From: an uncultured Gemmatimonadaceae bacterium
Lineage (GTDB): Bacteria; Gemmatimonadota; Gemmatimonadetes; Gemmatimonadales; Gemmatimonadaceae
Assembly (NCBI GenBank): GCA_963740355.1
Contig: CAVUDW010000003.1
Location: 1,056,001 to 1,120,000 of the forward strand
DNA length: 64,000 nt
Direction: 5' to 3'
Shown: piece by piece, positions 52,517-64,000 of the stretch
Layout: each line of letters starts with the position of its first letter
Numbering within the stretch: the first letter of the stretch is position 1
Translations under genes and position numbers: made by a program
Notes under the pieces: generated by a model
Told to the model about the DNA's origin: nothing
The model's database searches: none
What the model saw: the letters and a program-made list of their open reading frames with translations, nothing else

Positions 52517-54998
52517 CTATCGTCCGCGCACTGCTTCGGCTGCGGACATGCGAGTTGGGCCGGGATAGGGGACGGCCTGCCCCTTGATCGTGTACCAGAG
52601 AATGCGGTTGAAGAGGTCTTCCTCGGCCACGTCTTCATAGCGCAGGTCGAGCTTGCGTGACTCGATGGCGCCGGTGCCGCGCGGTGGGTTCTTCTGCGTC
52701 AGGCTCTGGGCTGGCGTGATCGCGGCATAGGGGCGCACGTCGGGTGCCGTGCGCCAGATCTCGCGCAACGGCCGACCGTAGTGATCGTACGGCGACAGCG
52801 CATCAAGGCCGAGCAGTGTCTCCATCGTCGCCATCACATCGGTGGTGTTGACGAAGCGATGCTGCGCGTCGGAACGGACCCACGGGGACACGACAAGCAA
52901 CAGCGAGCGATGTGAATCCACGTGATCGGGGCCGGCCTGCGCATCATCCTCGAGGATGAAGACCGCGGTGCTCTCCCAGAACTTCGTCTTCGACAACGCC
53001 TCGATGATGCGGCCGAGTGCGAGATCGTTGTCGGCGAAGTGTGCTTGCGGTGTTGGCTTGCCTGCGGAGGCGCCCGACGTGTGATCGTTGGGAAGTCGAA
53101 GGATCTGGAGCTGCGGCATCTCGCCCTTGCTCACGAATCCGCCAAGCTCCTTGATCCACACGTCGGCGCGGCGCTGATCCTGGATGTCGAGGTTGTAGCC
53201 AGGGAAATCCTTGCTGGTGTTGGCGACCAGGAACGGCTTCACGCCGCGATAGCCGGCCGGAGCATTTTCGTTCTCGCCTTCCGGCGCCACGAATTCACCG
53301 AAGTTGCGGAAGGTGATGCCCTTCTTCTTCGCGAGGTCCCAGAGATAGCCATTGGCCGGCTCCGCGGCATCGTCATCGCCGTCGTCGGAGGGCACGCGAC
53401 CACGATTTGTGCCCTCGTAGTCGTAGGATCGACCACGGCCCGAGTAGTTCGACGGCACGGTCTTCTGCGTGTAATCGGTGGTGTACGCGGCAGTGCTCCA
53501 GTTGTGGCCGTCCGCACTCACTTCCGCGTTGACGAAGAACCGATCGTAGAGGCCGAATCGCTCGGCGAGCGCGTGATGGTTCGGTGACGACGTCGTCGGA
53601 AAGAACATCAGCGTCGTGTCGCCATCGCCCTGCTTCATGTCGGAGAACACCTGGTCGTAGGTGCGATTCTCCTTGATGATGTAGATCACATGCTTGATCG
53701 GCGGCATGTTGTTGGCGACCGTCGGCGAATCCCAGTTGTTGGCGCGCGCGACACGGCCGGACAAGGCGGCCAGTGTGGGTTCGGCCAACGTAGACACCGC
53801 AAGTCTGGTGATGGTGCCGTTGATCTGCCCCGACGTGTAGTTGGTGGCGCGATTCTCGAGGCCAGTTGTTGCACCGGGTTGCGGCAGCTTCGGATTGGGC
53901 GCCGTTCCGCGGCCCTTGGCGTCGATCACGTGAAGGGTGTCGCCGACCAGCAGGATCGACGCCGGATACCAGCCCACCGGTGCGCGGCCGAGCAGCGAGT
54001 CGCGCGGGGCTGTGGCCTCAGAGACTGCCGGCAGTCTTCGCGCCGAGCGCGAACACGGCCACCGCATTATTGTCGCCTTCTGTTACGAATAGCCGCGAAC
54101 CATCGCGCGAGAGCACCAGTCCGATCGGTGCGCTACCCTGGCCGAGGTTCGCGGGTGTCGGATCCTTGAGTGTGGCGATCACGGTGCGCGTCTTCGTGTC
54201 CACCACGCTGATCGCGTCGGTCGATGCCGATGCGACGAAGAGCCGGGCACCGTCGGCGCTGAGCAGCAGCGTCGAGGGATGCCGGGCGACGGCGATCGGC
54301 GGCAACGGCGCGAGCACGCCGGCCGTCGCTACGAAGGGATGCACACTGGTGGTGCCCCAGCTCGAGACGAACACTTTGTCGTCAGCACCGACGGCCACGC
54401 CGTATGGGTATCGGCCTGCGGCCAGACGCTGCACCACCTTGCCCGACGCGAGGTCGACCACGGCCAACGAGTCCGCCAGATTCTCCGCGACATACAGCAT
54501 CTTGCCGTCGCGACTTGGCGCGAGACCCGCCGGATAGCTGCTGCCGTTGCTGCGTGGGCTGGGGCGACTGCGAATGATCAGCGAATCACGCAGTGTGAGC
54601 TTGTCGACGTTCCAGTCGTAGCGATACACGACATCGGTGTTGCCACCTGACGCATAGACGGTTTTGCCATCGGGCGAATACGCGAGTCCGATGAACGCGG
54701 CCGGTTGATCGAGCGTCTGTGTGACCTTGCCCGTCCGCCGGCTCACCACCTGCACACCTTGTTGCCGCCATCCGTTGAGCAGCAGCAGGATGTGCGAAGA
54801 GTCAGGCGAGAGCACTGCGGCAAGGGGAAGCGAGCCGACGTCGGTGCGCGGGCCGGCAGGATCCAGCCGCACACCGGTCGGCAGCCGCTGCGGCACCTTG
54901 GGTTCCGCTATTTCGGCGGAGGGCGTGTTTTTGCAGCCGGAGATGGCGGCCGCGACAAGAGCGGCCTGAAGCAGGCGGGAGACGGTGTGCGAGGGCAT
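52517..54998 (-). pseudogene. YncE beta-propeller/phosphoesterase (alkaline phosphatase superfamily) lipoprotein split by a single-base frameshift near 54026
   Basis: N-half (lipobox ISGC, YVTN-like repeats) stops at 54018; C-half (PVGWYP, IKHVIYIIKENRTYD, LPNDHT, EDDAQAGPDHVDSHRS) continues in the next frame without a good start; may be a sequencing error. Confidence 0.75.
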
Positions 54999-55130
54999 GC
55001 TGAAATGTGTATCAGGCGCGTTTTCACTGCATGGCCGCATCATCATTTCCGCTCACTTCAGCGCTCCTCTCGCCACGGTATTACTCCTTCGCCGTGACGC
55101 TCCTGTGACGGGGTCCGGTAGGCTCGTCGC

Positions 55131-55718
55131 ATGGCACATCTCTCATCCGCCTCGCCGAGCAGCTCTCCAGTGTCGTACACGGCAGCGCTATTGTCCGCCG
55201 AAGACCTTCAGGCGAATCCAGTGCCGAACAAGAGTGTCGAGCTCGTGGCTGGCCGCCTCGTCGTGCGCGAGCCACCAGGTTTTCAGCATGGCGTTGTAGT
55301 TGCGCGCATGCTCGTCGCGATCGCCAATCATGCAAGCGATCATTCGCTTGGTGCGGTGCTGTCAGCTGAGACAGGATTCACCTTGTTCCGGAACCCGGAC
55401 ACAGTCCGTGCGCCTGACGTCGCATTCATTTCTGCAGCTCGGCTGCCTGTTGAACGGATCATCGGGTATCCGGAGTTTGCGCCCGATCTCGTGGTGGAAG
55501 TCTTGTCGCCTTCCGATCGCGCCGGGCGGGTGCTCGCGAAGGTTGGCGACTGGATCGACGCCGGTACGCAACTGGTCTGGGTGGTGGATCCCGAGCGTCG
55601 TGTCGCCCGCGTGTATCGCATCGACGGGAGCGAATCCGTTCTGACGGCGAATGACGCCTTCGACGGCGAGGATGTCCTGCCGGGGTTGGTCATTTCGATC
55701 GCGGCCATGCTCGACTGA
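55131..55718 (+). CDS. Uma2 family (PD-(D/E)XK) endonuclease-like protein
   Basis: ELVAG, H, VRAPDVAF, APDLVVEVLSPSD, WVVDP. Confidence 0.9.
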   Translation: MAHLSSASPSSSPVSYTAALLSAEDLQANPVPNKSVELVAGRLVVREPPGFQHGVVVARMLVAIANHASDHSLGAVLSAETGFTLFRNPDTVRAPDVAFISAARLPVERIIGYPEFAPDLVVEVLSPSDRAGRVLAKVGDWIDAGTQLVWVVDPERRVARVYRIDGSESVLTANDAFDGEDVLPGLVISIAAMLD

Positions 55719-55728
55719 GATGTGCGGC

Positions 55729-55949
55729 GATCAAGATCTCTGACCACGCCGATCAAGATCTCCGACCCCTTGATCAGAGGCTAACCCTTGCGCGGACATG
55801 ACCTTAGCCCGGGAAAACGCCGATCAAGGGGTCTGACCCCTTGATCAGAGGCTAACCCTCGCGCGGACATGACCTTAGCCATGGAAAACGCCGAGCAAGG
55901 GGTCTGACCCCTTGATCGGAGCTTAACGCCATACGGGGCAACGCTTTAC
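55729..55949. repeat. REP-like cluster 3, tandem 71-bp modules
   Basis: Partial unit 55729-55745; units at 55751, 55822, 55893; two near-identical 46-bp linkers. Confidence 0.88.
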
Positions 55950-55977
55950 GCTGCGTTTTTGCTGTACGCCCAGCGCC

Positions 55978-56019
55978 ACAAACAAAACGGCCCGGAGCAT
56001 TTCGCCCCGGGCCGTTTGT
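55978..56019 (-). terminator. intrinsic terminator after rpoC
   Basis: AAACGGCCCGG/CCGGGCCGTTT stem (55985-55995/56007-56017) with T-rich tail on the minus strand. Confidence 0.8.
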
Positions 56020-56044
56020 CCATCAGACTGCAACCTGCCGCGTC

Positions 56045-59000
56045 TTACTCCTCGTCGGCCACCGCTGCTGCCGCAACCGGCATCGACAGCGGGGTGACAG
56101 CGGGCGGCTCGAGGTACGACGCACTGGCGTCGTACGGGTTCTCGGGCGCCGGCGGCGGCTCCATACCATCGATCTCGACATCGTTGTATCGGTACATACC
56201 CGTGCCTGCCGGGATGAGGTGACCGATGATGATGTTCTCCTTGAGGCCGAGCAGGTCGTCCTGCGAACCGCGGATCGCGGCATCGGTGAGGACTCGTGTC
56301 GTCTCCTGGAAGCTGGCGGCCGAGATGAACGACTGCGTCGTCAACGACGCCTTCGTGATACCCAGCAGCAGCGGCTCGGCCTGCGACGGCGTCTTGCCAT
56401 TGCCTTCGACGACCAGGTTTTCCGCCAGCCAGATCGCGCGCTCCACGTGCTCCCCTTCCAGGAATTCCGTGTCGCCGCTCTCCGAGATCCGAACCTTCTG
56501 CAACATCTGACGCACGATCACGCCGATGTGCTTGTCATTGATCTTCACGCCCTGCAGACGGTAGACCTCCTGCACTTCATTCAGGAGGTACTCCTGCACC
56601 GCGCGCGGACCCTTAATCGCGAGGATGTCGTGCGGATTGACCGGGCCTTCCGACAGTCGGTCGCCAGCGCGCACGCGGTCACCCTCGTGCACTCGGAGAT
56701 GCTTGCCGGACGGCACTTCGTACTGCTTCGGCTCCGCTGACTCGACTTCCGTCCACCCAGTCTTCGGATCGGCCGGGTACACGCGAATCTCACGCTTGCC
56801 GCGCTTGATGTCGCCGAACCGCACCACACCGTCGATCTCGGTGATCGTTGCCGGATCCTTTGGACGACGTGCCTCGAACAACTCGGCCACGCGCGGCAGA
56901 CCACCCGTGATGTCGCGCGTCTTGTAGGCCTCGCGGTTCACCTTGGCGATGATCGTACCGGCACTGATCGTCTGCTCGTCCTTCACTTCCAGCTTCGCGC
57001 CCACCGGCACCACGAAGTCGCGGATACGCTGGCCCTTGGCATCGATGATCTCGATGTGCGGATGCAGCTTCTTGTCGCGATCCTCGATGACGCGGCGTTC
57101 GCGCATGCCGGTCAACTCGTCCAGCTCGTCCGACATCGACTCGTCCTCGACGAGGTCCACGAAGCGGACCACACCGCTGACGTCCACGATGATCGGGTTC
57201 GAGTACGGATCCCAGCTGAAGATGGTGTCGTCCTTCTTCACCACCTGACCATCAGCCACCATCAGCTCGGCGCCGAGCGGCACCAGCAGACGAGCGCCGA
57301 CGCCATAGCTGGCATCTGCAGAACCCTTGATCGTGAGCTCGCCTTCGTACGAGGTGACGATCGTCTTGCCGTCCTTGTCCGTCACGAACGTGAGGCGATC
57401 GCCGAACTCGACGACACCCGGCACCTTCGTCTTCTTCACCGTGTTTTCGGCGATACGAGCAGCAGCACCACCGATGTGGAAGGTGCGCAGCGTGAGCTGC
57501 GTACCCGGCTCACCGATCGACTGTGCGGCGATGATGCCCACCGCTTCGCCAAGGTCCACCACCGCCATCGTGGCCAGGTTGCGACCGTAGCACATGCGGC
57601 AGAGACCGCGCTTGCTCTCACAGGTGAGAACGGAGCGGATCTTCACCTTCTCGATGCTCGACTCCTCGATGACCTTGGCCATGTCTTCGTCGATCATCAT
57701 GCCGGCTTCGACCAGCAGCTTCGGACGGCCGCTGTCGTCGCGCTCGAACGGATCGTACACATCCTCACCAGCGAAGCTGCCAACGATGCGCTCGCTGAGC
57801 GACTCGATCACGTCTTCGCCTTCCTTCAGCGCTTCGGCGTCGATACCCAGCAGCGTACCGCAATCTTCCTCGGCAATCGTCACGTCCTGTGCGACGTCGC
57901 AGAGACGACGCGTCAGGTAGCCGGCGTCTGCCGTCTTCAGTGCGGTGTCGGCGAGACCCTTACGGGCACCGTGCGTCGAGATGAAGTACTCGTGCACCGA
58001 CAGGCCTTCACGGAAGTTCGACTTGATCGGGCTTTCGATGATTTCGCCGAGACCACCGGTGAGCTTCTTCTGCGGCTTCGCCATCAGGCCGCGCATACCG
58101 GCGAGCTGACGGATCTGGTCGCGTGAACCACGCGCGCCGGAGTCGAACATCATGAACACGGGGTTGAACCCGCCCTGTGAGGCGCGCATGGCATCGACCA
58201 TCGAGTTGGCGATGTCGGTGTTCGCGTGCGTCCAGGTGTCGATGACTTTGTTGTAGCGCTCGCCGTTCGTGATGTTGCCCGTCTGGTAGGCGCGCTGGAA
58301 GCGATCCACTCGCTCACCCGCTTCCTTCAGCAACTCTTCCTTCTCCTTAGGGATGTGCAGGTCTTCGATGCCGATGGACACGCCGGAACGCGTCGCATTG
58401 GTGAAGCCGAACTCCTTCAGGCGGTCGAGGAACATCACGGTCTCGGCCAAACCGGCGCGACGGTAGCTCTCGAACACGAGCTCACCGAGCACCTTCTTCT
58501 TCATGTCCTTGTTCTGGAAGCCAAGCGCCTTCGGCACGATCGCGTTGAACAACACGCGGCCGGCGGTCGTGGTCACCCACGCGCCTTCGTACATATAGCG
58601 AATGACATCCTTGCGAATCAGCTTGCCGAGGGTCAGCGCCGTCTCGACGTCAGCATGTGCGCTGAAGTGCTTGAGGGCGTTGAACTTCTTCGGATCCTTG
58701 GCGGTCTGGTCGAAGTCGGCCGGAGCCTTGGTTGCGACGTAGCAGCCGAGCACGATGTCCTGTGACGGCTCCGCCACCGGACGACCGTCGGCCGGCTTGA
58801 GGATGTTGTTGGACGACAGCATGAGCACACGCGCCTCGATCTGTGCCTCGAACGAGAGCGGCACGTGCACGGCCATCTGGTCACCGTCGAAGTCGGCGTT
58901 GAACGCCGCGCAGACGAGCGGGTGAATACGAATGGCCTTGCCTTCCACGAGCACCGGCTCGAACGCCTGGATGCCCAGACGGTGCAGCGTCGGTGCGCGG

Positions 59001-60349
59001 TTCAGCAGCACCGGGTGGTCGCGGATGATCTCCTCGAGGATTTCGTACACCTCGGGGCTTTCGCGCTCCACGATCTTCTTGGCGCGCTTGACCGTCTCGG
59101 CAATGCCCTTGTCGACCAGCTTGTGGATGATGAACGGCTTGAAGAGTTCCAGCGCCATCGCCTTCGGCAGACCGCACTGGTGCAGCTTCAGTTCCGGACC
59201 GACCACGATGACCGAGCGGCCGGAATAGTCCACGCGCTTGCCGAGCAGGTTCTGACGGAACCGGCCCTGCTTGCCCTTCAGCATGTCCGACAGCGACTTC
59301 AGCGGACGCTTGCCACGACCACGGATCGCCTTCGAGCGACGACCGTTGTCGAACAATGCGTCGACGGCTTCCTGCAGCATGCGCTTTTCGTTCCGGAGAA
59401 TGACTTCCGGGGCGCGATGCAGGATCAGCTTCTGCAGACGGTTGTTGCGGTTGATGACGCGACGATACAGGTCGTTCAGGTCGGACGTCGCGAAGCGGCC
59501 GCCATCAAGCGGGACGAGTGGACGCAGGTCCGGCGGGAGCACCGGAATCACGTCCATGATCATCCACTCAGGACGGTTGCGCTGCTCGCCGTTTTCACCC
59601 GAGTTACGGAATGCATCGACGATCTTGAGGCGCTTCAGCATCTGCTTCTTGCGATGCTGGCTCGTCTCGGTGGTCAGCGACAGGCGCAGCGAGTCCGCCA
59701 GCGTATCGACATCGAGACGCTTGAGGAGTTCACGCACGGCCGGCGCGCCGATGTCGGCCAGGAACGCGGTGTCACCCTGTTCCTTGGCCCGCATCCGCAG
59801 GTCGAGATATTCGTCTTCATTGAGCAGCTGGTTCGCACGCACTTCCTGCGAACCCGGGTCAATGCAGATGTAGTTGCTGTAGTAGATCACCTTCTCGAGG
59901 TCACGCAGGGTGACGTCGATCAGGTTGCCCATCGGGGACGGCAGGGTCTTGAAGAACCAGATGTGCGCAACCGGCACGGCCAGTTCGATGTGACCCATGC
60001 GCTCGCGCCGGACCTTTGCGAGCGTGACTTCCACGCCGCAACGGTCACAGATCACGCCGCGATAACGAATCCGCTTGTACTTGCCGCAATGGCATTCCCA
60101 GTCCTTGACGGGACCAAAGATGCGCTCGCAGAAGAGACCGTCCTTTTCCGGCTTGAAGCTGCGGTAGTTGATGGTCTCGGGCTTGGTGACCTCACCCCAT
60201 GACCACCACGTGCGCAGACCCGTGAGCTCGAGACGCTCGCGTTCCTTCGGATCCTTCGGACCGCGGATCTCCTCCGGAGAGGCGATCCGGATCCGGATAT
60301 AGTCAAAGCTGGACGCGCGGGCTTCGCGCGCATTTCGGAAGTCAATCAT
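56045..60349 (-). CDS. rpoC: RNA polymerase beta' subunit
   Basis: [28 protein letters not shown]; start at MIDFRN. Confidence 0.99.
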   Translation of the reverse strand: MIDFRNAREARASSFDYIRIRIASPEEIRGPKDPKERERLELTGLRTWWSWGEVTKPETINYRSFKPEKDGLFCERIFGPVKDWECHCGKYKRIRYRGVICDRCGVEVTLAKVRRERMGHIELAVPVAHIWFFKTLPSPMGNLIDVTLRDLEKVIYYSNYICIDPGSQEVRANQLLNEDEYLDLRMRAKEQGDTAFLADIGAPAVRELLKRLDVDTLADSLRLSLTTETSQHRKKQMLKRLKIVDAFRNSGENGEQRNRPEWMIMDVIPVLPPDLRPLVPLDGGRFATSDLNDLYRRVINRNNRLQKLILHRAPEVILRNEKRMLQEAVDALFDNGRRSKAIRGRGKRPLKSLSDMLKGKQGRFRQNLLGKRVDYSGRSVIVVGPELKLHQCGLPKAMALELFKPFIIHKLVDKGIAETVKRAKKIVERESPEVYEILEEIIRDHPVLLNRAPTLHRLGIQAFEPVLVEGKAIRIHPLVCAAFNADFDGDQMAVHVPLSFEAQIEARVLMLSSNNILKPADGRPVAEPSQDIVLGCYVATKAPADFDQTAKDPKKFNALKHFSAHADVETALTLGKLIRKDVIRYMYEGAWVTTTAGRVLFNAIVPKALGFQNKDMKKKVLGELVFESYRRAGLAETVMFLDRLKEFGFTNATRSGVSIGIEDLHIPKEKEELLKEAGERVDRFQRAYQTGNITNGERYNKVIDTWTHANTDIANSMVDAMRASQGGFNPVFMMFDSGARGSRDQIRQLAGMRGLMAKPQKKLTGGLGEIIESPIKSNFREGLSVHEYFISTHGARKGLADTALKTADAGYLTRRLCDVAQDVTIAEEDCGTLLGIDAEALKEGEDVIESLSERIVGSFAGEDVYDPFERDDSGRPKLLVEAGMMIDEDMAKVIEESSIEKVKIRSVLTCESKRGLCRMCYGRNLATMAVVDLGEAVGIIAAQSIGEPGTQLTLRTFHIGGAAARIAENTVKKTKVPGVVEFGDRLTFVTDKDGKTIVTSYEGELTIKGSADASYGVGARLLVPLGAELMVADGQVVKKDDTIFSWDPYSNPIIVDVSGVVRFVDLVEDESMSDELDELTGMRERRVIEDRDKKLHPHIEIIDAKGQRIRDFVVPVGAKLEVKDEQTISAGTIIAKVNREAYKTRDITGGLPRVAELFEARRPKDPATITEIDGVVRFGDIKRGKREIRVYPADPKTGWTEVESAEPKQYEVPSGKHLRVHEGDRVRAGDRLSEGPVNPHDILAIKGPRAVQEYLLNEVQEVYRLQGVKINDKHIGVIVRQMLQKVRISESGDTEFLEGEHVERAIWLAENLVVEGNGKTPSQAEPLLLGITKASLTTQSFISAASFQETTRVLTDAAIRGSQDDLLGLKENIIIGHLIPAGTGMYRYNDVEIDGMEPPPAPENPYDASASYLEPPAVTPLSMPVAAAAVADEE

Positions 60350-60353
60350 CGGC

Positions 60354-64000
<3,647 letters not shown>

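Noticed and set aside
55751..55917. 25-bp palindromic repeats with 46-bp spacers resembling a CRISPR array
   Set aside because: Spacers are nearly identical, repeats occur in both orientations at other intergenic loci, and there are no cas genes; the neighbouring Uma2 gene is common and not a Cas protein.

Overview
GC-rich bacterial chromosome segment, most likely Gemmatimonadota (inferred from lineage-type insertions and extensions in RpoB, RpoC, EF-G and ribosomal proteins; not checked by search). The backbone is the housekeeping supercluster on the minus strand: rpoB (partial), rpoC, rpsL-rpsG, fusA-tuf, S10 and spc ribosomal protein genes, secY-adk-map. It is broken in three places. (1) About 13.5 kb of accessory genes lie between rpoC and rpsL: Uma2, a frameshifted YncE/phosphoesterase, prfC, a hybrid histidine kinase, a diguanylate cyclase, a beta-carbonic anhydrase, and a TetR/SDR pair. 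(2) About 10.7 kb lie between rpsG and fusA. (3) No infA/alpha operon follows map. The rpsG-fusA insert carries the most striking element, a lasso-peptide-like RiPP operon: RRE/B1, B2 protease, 56-aa precursor, HPr-like kinase, ABC-2 exporter and nucleotidyltransferase. There is no lasso cyclase in the window, and the predicted core lacks the Asp/Glu needed for a lasso ring. Other notable items are a REP-like element built from rigid 71-bp modules with an IHF-like 27-mer at three loci, a structured fusA leader containing a terminator, and a frameshift inside a perfect palindrome. The left arm holds purA, ypdA, trpS, suhB, an FTCD-like gene, a TonB receptor and lipoproteins. No tRNA, rRNA, CRISPR array or transposase was recognised.
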